Assembly (NCBI GenBank): GCA_964016885.1 | Contig: OZ024744.1 | Span: 56,420,001-56,484,000 of the forward strand | Length of the DNA: 64,000 bases | Direction: 5' to 3' | Source: Eledone cirrhosa | Taxonomy: Eukaryota | Part shown: in pieces, positions 42,801 through 55,314 of the stretch | How the letters are laid out: every line of letters begins with the position of its first letter | Numbering within the stretch: position 1 is the first letter of the stretch | Translations under genes and position numbers: made by a program | Notes under the pieces: generated by a model | What the model was told of the DNA's origin: nothing | Database searches by the model: none | Seen by the model: only the letters and a program-made list of their open reading frames with translations

Positions 42801-45800
42801 TGCGTGACTGTGTGGGTGTGAGTGTGTGTAAATGTGTGGGTGTGAGTGTGTGTGACTGTGTGTATTTGAGTGGGTGTAACTGTGTGTGGTGAGTGTGTGT
42901 GACTGTGTGGGTTTGAGTATGTGTGACTGTGTGGGTGTGAGTGTGTGTGAGTGTGTGTGAGTGTATGTGACTGTGTGGGTGTGAGTATGTGTGACTGTGT
43001 GGGAGTGGGTATGTGTGACTGTGTGGGTGTGAGTTTGTGTGACTGTGTGGCTGTGAATTCGTGTGACTGTGTGGGTGTGAGTATGTGTGACTGTGTGGGT
43101 GTGAGTGTTTGTGAATGTGTGAGTGTGAATCTGTGTGACTGTGTGGGAGTGAGTATGTGTGACTGTGTGGGTGTGAGTATGTGTGACTGTGTGGGTGTGT
43201 GTATGTGTGACTGTGTAGGTGTTTGTATGTGTGACTGTGTGGGTGTGAGTGTGTGTGACTGTGTAGGTGTGAGTGTTTGTGACTGTGTGGGTGTGAATGT
43301 GTGTGACTGTGTGGGAGTGAGTGTGTGTGACTGTGTGGGTGTGAGTATGTGTGACTGTGTGGGTGTGAATTCGTGTGACTGTGTGGGTGTGAGTATGTGT
43401 GACTGTGTGGGTGTGAGTATGTGTGACTGTGAGGGTGTGAATGTGTGTGACTGTGTGGGTGTGAGTCTGTGTGACTGTGTGGGTGTGAGTGTGTGGGTGT
43501 GATTGTGTGGGTGTGTGTGGGTGTGACTGTGTGGGTATGTGTATGTGTGACTGTGTGGGTGTAAGTGTGTGTGACTGTGTGGGTGCGAGACTGTGTGACT
43601 GTGTGGGTATGTGTGGGTGTGACTGTGTGGGTGTGACTGTGTGGGTGTGACTGTGTGGGTGTGGGTGTGTGTGACTGTGTGGGTGTGAGTGTGTGTGACT
43701 GTGTGGGTGTGAGTGTGTGTGACTGTGTGGGTGTGAGTATGTGTGACTGTGTAGGTGTGAGTGTGTGTGACTGTGTGGGTGTGAGTGTGTGTGACTGTGT
43801 GTGTGTGTATGTGTGACTGTGTGGGTGTGAGTGAGTGTGACTGTGTGTGTGTGAGTGTGTGTGACTGTGTGTGTGTCAGTGTGTGTGACTGTGTAGGAGT
43901 GAGTGTGTGTGACTGTGTGGCTGTGAGTATGTGTGACTGTGTGGGTGTGAGTATGTATGACTGCGTAGGTGTGAGTGTGTGTGACTGTGTGGGTGTGAGT
44001 GTGTGGGTGTGATTGTGTGGGTGTGTGTGGGTGTGACTGTGTGGGTATGTGTATGTGTGACTGTGTGGGTGTAAGTGTGTGTGACTGTGTGGGTGTGAGA
44101 GTGTGTGACTGTGTGGGTATGTGTGGGTGTGACTGTGTGGGTGTGGGTGTGTGTGACTGTGTGGGTGTGAGTGTGTGTGACTGTGTGGGTGTGAGTGTGT
44201 GTGACTGTGTAGGTGTGTGTATGGGTGACTGTGTGGGTGTGAGTGTGTGTGACTGTGTGGGTGTGAGTGTGTGTGACTGTGTGGGTGTGAGTGTGTGTGA
44301 CTGTGTCGGTGTGAGTGAGTGTGACTGTGTGGGTGTGAGTGTGTGTGACTGTGTGGGTGTGTGTATGTGTGACTGTGTGGGAGTGAGTGTGTAGGTGTGT
44401 GGGTGTGAGTATGTGTGACTGTGTGTGTGTGAGTATGTTTGACTGTGTGTGTGTGAGTGTGTGTGACTGTGTGGGTGTGAGTGTGTGTGACTGTGTAGGT
44501 GTGTGTATGGGTGACTGTGTGGGTGTGAGTGTGTGTGACTGTGTGGGTGTGAGTGTGTGTGGCTGTGTGGTTGTGAGTATGTGTGACTGTGTGGGAGTGA
44601 GTGTGTGTGACTGTGTGGGTGTGTTTATGGGTGACTGTGTGTGTGTGAGTGGGTGTGACTGTGTGGGTGTGAGTGTGTGTGACTGTGTGGGTGTGAATTC
44701 GTGTGACTGTGTGGGTGTGAGTATGTGTGACTGTGTGGGAGTGAGTGTGTGTGACTGTGTGGGCGTGATTGTGCGTGACTGTGTGGGTGTGAGTGTGTGT
44801 GACTGTGTGGATTTGAGTGGGTGTGACTGTGTGGGGTGAGTGTGTGTGACTGTGTGGGTGTGAGTATGTGTGACTGTGTGGGTGTGAGTGTGTGTGAGTG
44901 TGTGTGGCTGTGTGGGTGTGAGTATGTGTGACTGTGTGGGAGTGGGTATGTGTGACTGTGTGGATGTGAGTTTGTGTGTGACTGTGTGGGTGTGAGTGTG
45001 TGTGACTGTGTGGGTGTGAGTGTGTGTGACTGTGTGGGTGTGAGTGTGTGTGACTGTGTGGGTGTGTGTGACTGTGTGGGTGTGAGTATGTGTGACTGTG
45101 TGGGTGTGTGTGTGACTGTGTGGGTGTGAGCGTGTGTGACCGTATAGGTGTGAGTGTGTGTGACTGTGTGGGTGTGAGTATGTGTGACTGTGTGGATGTG
45201 TGTGTCACTGTGTGGCTGTGAGTGTGTGTGACTGTGTGGGTGTGTGTATGTGTGACTGTGTGGGTGTGAGTGTGTGTGACTGTGTGGGTGTGAGTGTGTG
45301 TGACTGTGTGGGTGTGAGTATGTGTGACTGTGTAGGTGTGAGTGTGTGTGTGACTGTGTGGGTGTGACTGTGTGGGTATGAGTATGTGTGACTGTGTGGG
45401 AGTGAGTGTGTGTGACTGTGTGGGTGTGAGTATGCGTGACTGTGTGGGTGTGAGTGTGTGTGACTGTGTGGGTGTGAGTGTGTGTTACTGTGTGGGTGTG
45501 AGTGTGTGTGACTGTGGGTGTGAGTGTGTGAGACTGTGTAGGTGTGAGTATGTGTGACTGTGTAGGTGTGAGTGTGTGTGACTGTGTGGGTGTGATTGTG
45601 TAGGTGTGTGTGGGTGTGAGTATGTGTGACTGTGTGGGTGTGTGTATGTGTGACTGTGTCTGTGTGAGTGTGTGTGATTGTGTGGGTGTGAGTGTGTGTG
45701 ACTGTGTGGGTGTGAGTGTGTATGACTGTGTAGGTGTGAGTGTGTGTGACTGTGTGGGTGTGAGTGTGTGTGAATGTGTGTGACTGTGTGGGTGTGAGTG

Positions 45801-48800
45801 TGTGTGACTGTGTGTGTGTGAGTGTGTGTGACTGTGTGGGTGTGTGTGTGTATGACTGTGTGGGTGTGAGTATGTGTGAATGTGTGGATGTGAGTATGTG
45901 TGACTGTGTGGGTGTGAGTATGTGTGACTGTGTGGGTGTGAGTGTGTGTGACTGTGTGGGTGTGAGTATGTGTGACTGTGTGGGTGTGAGTATGTGTGAC
46001 TGTGTGGGTGTGAGTGTGTGTGACTGTGTGGGTGTGAGTGTGTGTGACTGTGCGGGTGTGAGTATGTGTGACTGTGTGGGTGGGTGTGTGTGTGACTGTG
46101 TGGGTGTGTGTGGGTGTGAGTATGTGTGACTGTGTGGGTGTGTGTATGTGTGACTGTGTTGGTGTGAGTGTGTGTGACTGTGTGGGTGTGAGTGAGTGTG
46201 ACTGTGTGGGTGTGAGTGTGTGTGACTGTGTGGGTGTGTGTATGTGTGACTGTGTGTGTGTGAGTATGTTTGACTGTGTGGGAGTGAGTGTGTGTGACTG
46301 TATGGGTGTGTGTATGGGTGACTGTGTGTGAGTGTGTGTGACTGTGTGGGTGTAAGTGTGTGTGACTGTGTGGGTGTGAATTCGTGTGAATGTGCGGGTG
46401 TGAGTATGTGTGACTGTGTGGGAGTGAGTGTGTGTGACTGTGTGGGCGTGATTGTGCGTGACTGTGTGGGTGTGAGTGTGTGTAAATGTGTGGGTGTGAG
46501 TGTGTGTGACTGCGTGTATTTGAGTGGGTGTAACTGTGTGTGGTGAGTGTGTGTGACTGTGTGGGTTTGAGTATGTGTGACTGTGTGGGTGTGAGTGTGT
46601 GTGAGTGTGTGTGAGTGTATGTGACTGTGTGGGTGTGAGTATGTGTGACTGTGTGGGAGTGGGTATGTGTGACTGTGTGGGTGTGAGTTTGTGTGACTGT
46701 GTGGCTGTGAATTCGTGTGACTGTGTGGGTGTGAGTATGTGTGACTGTGTGGGTGTGAGTGTTTGTGAATGTGTGAGTGTGAATCTGTGTGACTGTGTGG
46801 GAGTGAGTATGTGTGACTGTGTGGGTGTGAGTATGTGTGACTGTGTGGGTGTGTGTATGTGTGACTGTGTAGGTGTTTGTATGTGTGACTGTGTGGGTGT
46901 GAGTGTGTGTGACTGTGTAGGTGTGAATGTTTGTGACTGTGTGGGTGTGAATGTGTGTGACTGTGTGGGAGTGAGTGTGTGTGACTGTGTGGGTGTGAGT
47001 ATGTGTGACTGTGTGGGTGTGAATTCGTGTGACTGTGTGGGTGTGAGTATGTGTGACTGTGTGGGTGTGAGTATGTGTGACTGTGAGGGTGTGAATGTGT
47101 GTGACTGTGTGGGTGTGAGTCTGTGTGACTGTGTGGGTGTGAGTGTGTGGGTGTGATTGTGTGGGTGTGTGTGGGTGTGACTGTGTGGGTATGTGTATGT
47201 GTGACTGTGTGGGTGTAAGTGTGTGTGACTGTGTGGGTGCGAGACTGTGTGACTGTGTGGGTATGTGTGGGTGTGACTGTGTGGGTGTGACTGTGTGGGT
47301 GTGACTGTGTGGGTGTGGGTGTGTGTGACTGTGTGGGTGTGAGTGTGTGTGACTGTGTGGGTGTGAGTGTGTGTGACTGTGTGGGTGTGAGTATGTGTGA
47401 CTGTGTAGGTGTGAGTGTGTGTGACTGTGTGGGTGTGAGTGTGTGTGACTGTGTGTGTGTGTATGTGTGACTGTGTGGGTGTGAGTGAGTGTGACTGTGT
47501 GTGTGTGAGTGTGTGTGACTGTGTGTGTGTCAGTGTGTGTGACTGTGTAGGAGTGAGTGTGTGTGACTGTGTGGCTGTGAGTATGTGTGACTGTGTGGGT
47601 GTGAGTATGTATGACTGCGTAGGTGTGAGTGTGTGTGACTGTGTGGGTGTGAGTGTGTGGGTGTGATTGTGTGGGTGTGTGTGGGTGTGACTGTGTGGGT
47701 ATGTGTATGTGTGACTGTGTGGGTGTAAGTGTGTGTGACTGTGTGGGTGTGAGAGTGTGTGACTGTGTGGGTATGTGTGGGTGTGACTGTGTGGGTGTGG
47801 GTGTGTGTGACTGTGTGGGTGTGAGTGTGTGTGACTGTGTGGGTGTGAGTGTGTGTGACTGTGTGGGTGTGAGTATGTGTGACTGTGTAGGTGTGAGTGT
47901 GTGTGACTGTGTGGGTGTGAGTGTGTGTGACTGTGTGTGTGTGTGTGTGTGACTGTGTGGGTGTGAGTGAGTGTGACTGTGTGTGTGTGAGTGTGTGTGA
48001 CTGTGTGTGTGTCAGTATGTGTGACTGTGTAGGAGTGAGTGTGTGTGACTGTGTGGCTGTGAGTATGTGTGACTGTGTGGGTGTGAGTATGTATGACTGC
48101 GTAGGTGTGAGTGTGTGTGACTGTGTGGGTGTGAGTGTGTGTGACTGTGTGTGTGTGTTTGTGTGACTGTGTGGGTGTGAGTGTGTGTGACTGTGTGTTT
48201 GTGAGTGTCTGTGACTGTGTGTGTGTCAGTGTGTGTGACTGTGTGTGTGTGAGTGTGTGTGGCTGTGTGGGTGTGAGTGTGTATGACTGTGTGGATGTGA
48301 GTATGTGTGACTGTGTGGGTGTGAGTTTGTGTGACTGTGTGGGAGTGAGTGTGTGTGACTGTGTCGTTGTGAGTGTGTGTGACTGTTTGGGAGTGAGTGT
48401 GTGTGACTGTGTGGGTGTGAGTGTGTGTGACTGTGTGGGTGTGAGTGTGTGTGACTGTGTGGGTGTGAGTGTGTGTGCCTGTGTGGATGTGCGTATGTGT
48501 GACTGTGTGGGTGTGAGTATGTGTGACTGTGTGTGTGTCAGTATGTGTGACTGTGTGGGTGTGAGTGTGTGTGACTGTGTGGGTGTGAGTGTGTGTGACT
48601 GTGTAGGTGTGAGTGTGTGTGACTGTGTGGGTGCAAGTGGGTGTGACTCTGTAGGTGTGTGTGGGTGTGAGTGTGTGGTGTGAGTGTGTGTGACTGTTTG
48701 GGTGTGAGTATGTGTGTCTGTGTGGGTGTGAGTATGTGTGACTGTGTGGGTGTGAGTGTGTGTGACTGTGTGGGTGTGAGTATGTGTGACTGTGTGGGTG

Positions 48801-50185
48801 GGTGTGGGTGTGAGTGGGTGGGTGTGAGTGGGTGTGACTGTGTGGGTGTGACTGTGTGGGTGTGAGTGTGTGTGACTGTGTGGGTGCGAGTGGGTGTGAC
48901 TGTGTGGGTGTGACTGTGTGTGACTGTGTGGGTGTGAGTGTGTGTGACTGTGTGGGTGTGACTGTGTGTGACTGTGTAGGTGTGAGTGTGTGTGACTGTG
49001 TGGGTGTGAGTGGGTGTGACTGTGTAGGTGTGTGTGACTGTGTGAGTGTGTGGAGTGAGTGTGTGTGACTGTGTGGGAGTGAGTATGTGTGACTGTGTGC
49101 GTGTGTGAGTATGTGTGACTGTTTGGGTGTGAGTGTGTGTGACAGTGTGGGTGTGAGTGTGTGTCACTATGTGGGTGTGACTGTGTGGGTGTGACTGTGT
49201 GGGTGTGAGTGTGTGTGACTGTGTGGGTGTGAGTGGGTGTGACTGTGTGGGTGTGACTGTGTGTGACTGTGTGGGTGTGAGTGTGTGTGACTGTGTGTGT
49301 GTGACTGTGTGTGACTGTGTGGGTGTGAGTGTGTGTGACTGTGTGGGAGTGAGTGTGTGTGACTGTGTTGGTGTGAGTGTGTGTGACTGTGTGGGTGTGA
49401 GTGTGTGTGACTGTGTGGGTGTGAGTGTGTGTGAATGTGTGGGTGTGAGTGTGTGTGACTGTGTGTGTGTCAGTATGTGTGACTGTGTGGGTGTGAGTGT
49501 GTGTGACGGTGTGGGTGTGAGTATGTGTGACTGTGTGAGTGTAAGTATGTGTGACTGTGTAGGTGTGAGTATGTGTGACAGTGTGGGTGTGAGTATGTGT
49601 GACTGTGTAGGTGTGAGTGTGTGTGACTGTGTGGGTGTGAGTGTGTGTGACTGTGTGGGTGTGAGTGTGTGTGACTGTGTGGGTGTGAGTGTGTGTGACA
49701 GTGTGGGTGTGAGTGTGTGTGACTGTGTGGGTGTGAGTATGTGTGACTGTGTGGGTGTGAGTGTGTATGACTGTGTGGGTGTGCGGGTGTGTGTGACTGT
49801 GTGTGTGTGAGTGTGTGTGACTGTGTGTGTGTGAGTATGTGTGACTGTGTGGGTGTGTGTGTAACTGTATGGGTGTGAGTGTGTGTGTGACTGTGTGGGT
49901 GTGAGTGTGTGTGACTGTGTGGGTGTGACTGTGTGGGTGTGTGTATGTGTGACTGTGTGGGTGTGAGTATGTGTGACTGTGTGGGTGTGAGTGTGTTTGG
50001 GTGTGTGGGTGTGAGTGTGTGTGACTGTGTGGGTGTGAGTATGTGTGACTGTGTGGGTGTGAGTGTGTGTGGGTGTGAGTGTGTGTGACTGTATGGGTGT
50101 GAGTGTGTGTGTGACTCTGTGGGTGTGAGTATGTGTGACTGTGTGGGTGTGAGTATGTGTGACTGTGTGGGTGTGAGTGTGTGTA
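39870..50185. repeat. ~10.3-kb GT-rich minisatellite with 24-bp unit GTGTGACTGTGTGGGTGTGAGTGT
   Basis: Repeating DCVGVSVC translation reflects the 24-bp period. Confidence 0.98.
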
Positions 50186-50401
50186 TAAGTGTCTGCCCGT
50201 GGCCGTGTATAGTTTTGAAAGTTGTATCTGTCATAACAACATCAAGAACAATAGTCTTTCATTTCACCGTGTGGTTCATTTTCACAGGGATTTAAGACAG
50301 AATTCCAGTTACTTTGATACCATATCTAACCAACTGGTTCCTTAATTTATGTTGGTTCAATTTATTTTTGAATGTATATATGGAAATATGTTATTCTAAA
50401 G

Positions 50402-52162
50402 CAGAGACCTCACTCTCCTGTGGTCCTCTTAGCAATCCCCACTCAAGCCAGATCACTGACGATCCCAAAGAATCCGGAGAACTCATTGCTGAGTGCTATG
50501 CAAGCATTTGTACTGTTGAAAACCAGAATGTACCATCTCCACTATCTCTAACATCAAATTCCATAACAAGTATGGAATTTACACCTACAATGTTGCGACG
50601 TCACCTTAAGAATAAGCGTAACCATGCCCTCTCTGGTCTTGATGGTTTTACATACCGGCTTCTCAAACGTGGCGGGTACTTCCTTTTGCACCAGCTTTAT
50701 TTCTTCTTTCAATACTGTCTCAACAATGGTGCTACTCCGGAGCAGTGGAAAACTGCCAGTGTCATTCCCCTGTTCAAAAAGGGCAATTGCATGTCACCTG
50801 TCAACTATCGTCCAGTCAGTCTTACTAGCTGTATTGCCAAACTGATGGAATCCTGTGTCAGAGAAACACTTTGGAACTTCTGGAGTTCTCACAGCCTCAT
50901 CCGGCCCTCGCAGTTTGGATTTGTCCCTAACTCCAGCTGCTGTGATCAGCTTATCGAGTTCCTTGAAGACATTACCCGGATCACTGACAGCGGCTCATGG
51001 TTGTTTACCTTGACTTCGCTAAGGCTTTTAATTCTGTGCCACACAAAAGACTTATGGCGAAACTCTGCAATGGGTGTGAGGGATGATCTTTTTAACTGGT
51101 TGAAATCCTTCATTCTCAGTCGAAGAGAGGTAGTCACGGTGCTAGGACAGCATTCTTCACCATATGAGATGTCATCTGGTGTACCACAGGGATCTGTTCT
51201 TGGTCCCCTTTCGTTTGTGGCATATATTACATAGATGCCAACTTAAAGAATGCCACGGTACTGAAATATGCAGATGACATCAAGTTGTACCTTGAAATCA
51301 AAAGGGCTGATCCTGAAATCTACAACTCTTTCCTACAATCAGACCTGAACACAATGCAGCAATGGATCACAGACTGGCAACTGAAGCTGGCTGTGGACAA
51401 GTGTACCACCATGTATTTTGGGAGGAAAAATCCAGCGTCCACATACTCCCTCCACAACACTGATATCAAGAAGTCCTCTTATGAACGTGACCTGGGCATT
51501 ACTGTCAGCAGCGATTTGCGTTGGAAAAAGCATGTCTCTAAGATTGTCAAGAAGGCCGAGTTTGTCTTGGAATCACTCAGCAAGACCTTTGTTAGCCGCT
51601 CTCCAGCCATCTATTTAAAGCTGTATACACTTGGAACCCCTATCTTGCTCAGAACATTGACCTGGAAACTGTTCAGAGACCCTCCATCAGACACCTACCA
51701 TACTCTGAACGCCTTGCTTCCCTGGGCATGGATTCATTGAAGCTCCGACGTCTGGCAATGGACTTGGTAAATACCCACAAAGTTTTTAACCATCTCGCCA
51801 ACAACAACCTTGAGCACCTTTTTGATCTCCATGTGTCTAACACACGTGGACATGCCTACAAAATCAGAAAGCAGCACAGCTTCCATGACTTTCGGAAACA
51901 TTTTTTCACACTTAGAGTTGCTGAAGCATGGAACAAACTGCCTGCGTCAGTTGTTAGCTGTTGGGACACTGCATCCTTTAAAACCCTCATGCTTCCTGAA
52001 ATTCGCCAAAACTACACCTGATGTACCCCTTCCATACACATGCACACATGTGTATATCATGACTCATGCACTGTTCATTTTCCTGACGTTTGTATATTAC
52101 CCTATGTACTATACATACACTTTTTGATGAGTTGTAGTGCACCTGAGCACTGTACACAATAT
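50402..52162 (+). mobile_element. 5'-truncated CR1-clade LINE (RT ORF2 with frameshifts, plus 3' UTR)
   Basis: WKTASVIPLFKKG..PVNYRPVSLTSCIAKLME; DFAKAFNSVPH; SGVPQGSVLGP; YADD; ERDLG; TRGHAYKI; RKHFFTLRVAEAWNKLP. Confidence 0.95.
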
Positions 52163-52242
52163 TTTCATCCTTACGGGGTCGATAAAATAAAATACCAGTA
52201 ATACACTGGGATAACTGCTGGCCTTGTGCCAAAAGTAGAAAC

Positions 52243-52246
<4 letters not shown>
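52163..52246 (+). mobile_element. SINE 3' fragment (6440 family)
   Basis: TTTCATCCTTACGGGGTCGATAAAATAAAATACCAG...GGCCTTGTGCCAAAAGTAGAAACAATT. Confidence 0.8.
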
Positions 52247-52325
<79 letters not shown>

Positions 52326-52367
52326 ATGATATTAAATAAATAGAAACTATATTTATAAAACCATATT

Positions 52368-52431
52368 TATTTTATTATATATATTTTAAGGGCACCAAGA
52401 CAACATTGGTACGCTTTCCTCAGATAAAATA
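52368..52431 (-). ncRNA. Hammerhead ribozyme motif family A, probably inactive (GAAA mutated to AAAA)
   Basis: TATTTTAT CTGAGGA AAGCGTACCA..TGGTGCCCTT AAAA TATATA TA ATAAAATA. Confidence 0.55.
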
Positions 52432-52839
52432 CAAAGTTTGTTTTATAAATAGAGACATACCCATGAAAATCATACCTTATCGGTTGGAAATATATAAGGG
52501 ATTATTCAAACTTATGTGTGAATATGCAAATGAATATGTAAGTAATTGAAAAACAACTGTTTATTTAAACGACTATGGAGAGAGAGAGAAGAGATAAGAG
52601 GAGAAGGACAAAATAGTGAGAGAGAGAGAGGGAGACAGAAGAAGGAAAAAAGCGAAGATGAATAAAAACTCATATAACGTTAATTTGAGGGAAATATATT
52701 CTAAGTATATATCTTAATAGTACGTGTATTTACGATTATTAGTTGTTTAATATTTGTTTATAATATAATATTTTTCTTCTGTTATAAGTAGATAAATAAA
52801 TAAATAACAAGACTTCCAACAAATTAAATAGCCCTTCTA

Positions 52840-52904
<65 letters not shown>

Positions 52905-53054
52905 ATACTTTGGGAGGGTCATGTTGCCAATAAGAAACACACGCACCAGTTGCTTTCACTTCAATTTATTATATATTTATAAATTTATAAATTTACAAAC
53001 TTATAAATTTCTGGTTGGTTGGTTGGTTCCACAACCAGATAGTTGTTTATATAT

Positions 53055-53099
53055 AGTCATAGTCCTTTCGTCACACACTCTGTGACCTCTTCAGTGACT
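53055..53099 (-). ncRNA. Minimal type I hammerhead ribozyme motif (family B)
   Basis: AGTCA CTGAAGA G GTCACA gagtg TGTGAC GAAA GGAC TA TGACT. Confidence 0.7.
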
Positions 53100-53154
53100 G
53101 GGGATTCCTTTCTTCGTTTCTGTGCCTTTCTTTTCTTCTATCCTACGCCATTTT

Positions 53155-53197
53155 GTCACTGAAGAGGTCACAGAGTGTGTGACGAAAGGACTATGAC
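53155..53197 (+). ncRNA. Minimal type I hammerhead ribozyme motif (family B)
   Basis: GTCA CTGAAGA G GTCACA gagtg TGTGAC GAAA GGAC TA TGAC; predicted cleavage after 53193. Confidence 0.7.
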
Positions 53198-53410
53198 TAT
53201 ATATAAACAACTATCTGGTTGTGGAACCAACCAACCAACCAGAAATTTATAAGTTTGTAAATTTATAAATTTATAAATATATAATAAATTGAAGTGAAAG
53301 CAACTGGTGCGTGTGTTTCTTATTGGCAACATGACCCTCCCAAAGTATAACAATATCGGTTTCAACACACGATTTCAGATAAAGAATCTTGCTAAACAAA
53401 TTCAGAAACG

Positions 53411-53468
<58 letters not shown>

Positions 53469-53473
<5 letters not shown>

Positions 53474-53904
53474 TGTATGTATGGTATATTTGGCAATATA
53501 CCGTATATTTAATTAAAAACATTTAGAAGACCTTACGCTATCAGTTTTAAAGTAGTGACTACGTCACTTACTTCTTTTCGGCGAAAGAAGGGAGAGAAGC
53601 TGACAGTCTGGTCCATGCTGGTTGGCGTTCATCAGAGCCACGTACTCCCCTGCTTTCGCCAAAAATTATAGAAGCTGGATTCTTATAGAATTCCAGTAAT
53701 AATCAGGGGCCTATTATACAGAGCAATTCCTGGTCCAGCAAAAATTAGGTATTAGGATTGGTGCCCTGAAATAGCGATGTATACATGAATGTATGTATAG
53801 TATATTTGGCAATATACCGTATGTTTAATTATAAACATTTTGAAGACCATTTTCTATCAGTTTTAAAGTAGTGACTATGTCACTTACTTCTTTTCGGCGA
53901 AAGA
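53469..53904. repeat. ~120-bp direct repeat pair (53469-53589 and 53786-53904)
   Basis: ATGAATGTATGTAT...CTTCTTTTCGGCGAAAGAA occurs twice, offset ~317 bp. Confidence 0.85.
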
Positions 53905-53915
53905 ATATATATATA

Positions 53916-54514
53916 TGTAGCAAAATCTGTCCATGCCTTGAACCTTGGGTGACACCTAAAGGTCAAACTCTAGGTTACCACCCTTTTGGTGTGGACGGGT
54001 TCATGCGTGGGCAATCCCTCGAGGCAGGGAGACAGAAAGAGACAGGTATATAAAGCCTATATTTTCCCACGTTTTACACAGAGATCAGAGCTCTACTCTA
54101 TATTACAAGCTATGTAAAGATTCACCGCCTACTACAGGCTGCAGAGGTCTAAGGACCATTACTCTCTCTCTCTCCTGGTTTCAGACTACACCAGCCTCAT
54201 GAACCAACAACAAAATAACACTGTCAACCTTCGCAACTCGTGGTAACTTGTTTATTGTTCTTTTTGACTGAAGTGAAGTAAACCTTTATATATAAAGTAA
54301 ATCACTATTCTTGTTATTACATCTAACAACCACGTTAATCCATCTAACAACTAACTACTAAAATACCCTTCGTTAAATATATATCCCCAAATCCAAATCC
54401 AGGGCCTTCCCACTCCTGTTGGAAGAACCTCTCCCTGGTCAACCTTCACTGCTTCCTATCTCCGGCTGTACTGGGCCATATGAGGCCAAGGTATTGGGTC
54501 AGATCGTTGTACCA
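53916..54514 (+). mobile_element. Possible solo LTR
   Basis: Starts TGTAG immediately after (TA)n; TATAAAA at ~54049; AGTAAA-like signals; right end and TSD not established. Confidence 0.3.
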
Positions 54515-54589
54515 TTTTGCCTGTGACCAGGAAAAAAAGAGAAACATTTTACTATTTCTTCATGTAACCCCATTTGTAAACCTAAGTTG

Positions 54590-55120
54590 TGGAAGTGCAT
54601 AGCTTAATGGTAAGGGTCTTTCGACTTATGGTCATAATGTCACGGGTTTGATTCCTGGACTGGGTTGTGTGTTGTGTTCTTGAGCAAAACACTTTATTTC
54701 ATGTTGTTCCAGCATACTCAGCTGAAAATGAATACCAGCCAGGAGCCTCGTTTGCCTTAAAAATGTGAGGGGGGACAAAACAACATTTGTTAATTCTTAA
54801 AGGAGTATAAATTGCTTATGGTGCTTTTCTTGGACCCTTTCACATAAGGAAAATTTTACGCTAATTAAATTTTATATATTTAAATGAAGTTCAGATACAA
54901 AAAATAGGCTTAAAAATAAAAAATAAATAAAACATAGACGTTTGAAAAAGTGGAGGGGACTTGTCCCCTGGTACCCCCTGAAACAAGGTCCTTGGTACCA
55001 GCTATAACTGTGGGTTTAAACCTGCAATGGACTGGCATCTTGTCCAGAAGGGAGTCTCGTATTCTGTCATTTCATAAGCACTAGCCTAATGAGCCTCAGG
55101 GCTTCAAACAGACTTTCGAC
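54590..55120 (+). mobile_element. tRNA-derived SINE with a V-domain-like segment, interrupted by a hAT MITE
   Basis: Head TAGCTTAATGGTAAG...GGTTTGATTCCTGG; CTTGAGCAAAACACTT; CCTGCAATGGACTGGCATCTTGTCCAG. Confidence 0.65.
54740..54994. mobile_element. hAT-type MITE nested in a SINE
   Basis: TIRs CAGGAGCCTCGTTT / AAACAAGGTCCTTG; 8-bp TSD ATACCAGC / GTACCAGC. Confidence 0.7.
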
Positions 55121-55314
55121 TTTAGAAAAACTAACTGTAAACTGTAAATCGTGAAGTGTAGAGCTTAAATCCTAACCCTAAACCATATTCCTTACCATAA
55201 ACCCTAATCTTAAACCAAAACCATGAGCTCTACAAGTTGTGGTAGATTTGGGGTCACTACATCGATACCCAAACAGAATAAAGTACTGAAATACCATATG
55301 AAATACATATAATT

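Larger units (their letters stand above)
52897..53356. repeat. 202-bp inverted repeat with a 56-nt spacer
   Basis: Arms 52897-53098 and 53155-53356 are reverse complements; the ORF track gives the same peptide on both strands. Confidence 0.95.

Noticed and set aside
41042-45208. 1388-aa His/Thr-rich ORF and overlapping Cys/Val ORFs
   Set aside because: Translation of the 24-bp GT minisatellite; the phase shifts show no coding constraint
50190-50330. Minus-strand frame MKDYCS-TGA-CCY, suggesting a selenocysteine motif
   Set aside because: No SECIS or Rdx-family similarity visible, and the frame runs into satellite
54590-54670. tRNA-like sequence
   Set aside because: Degenerate SINE head with no complete cloverleaf
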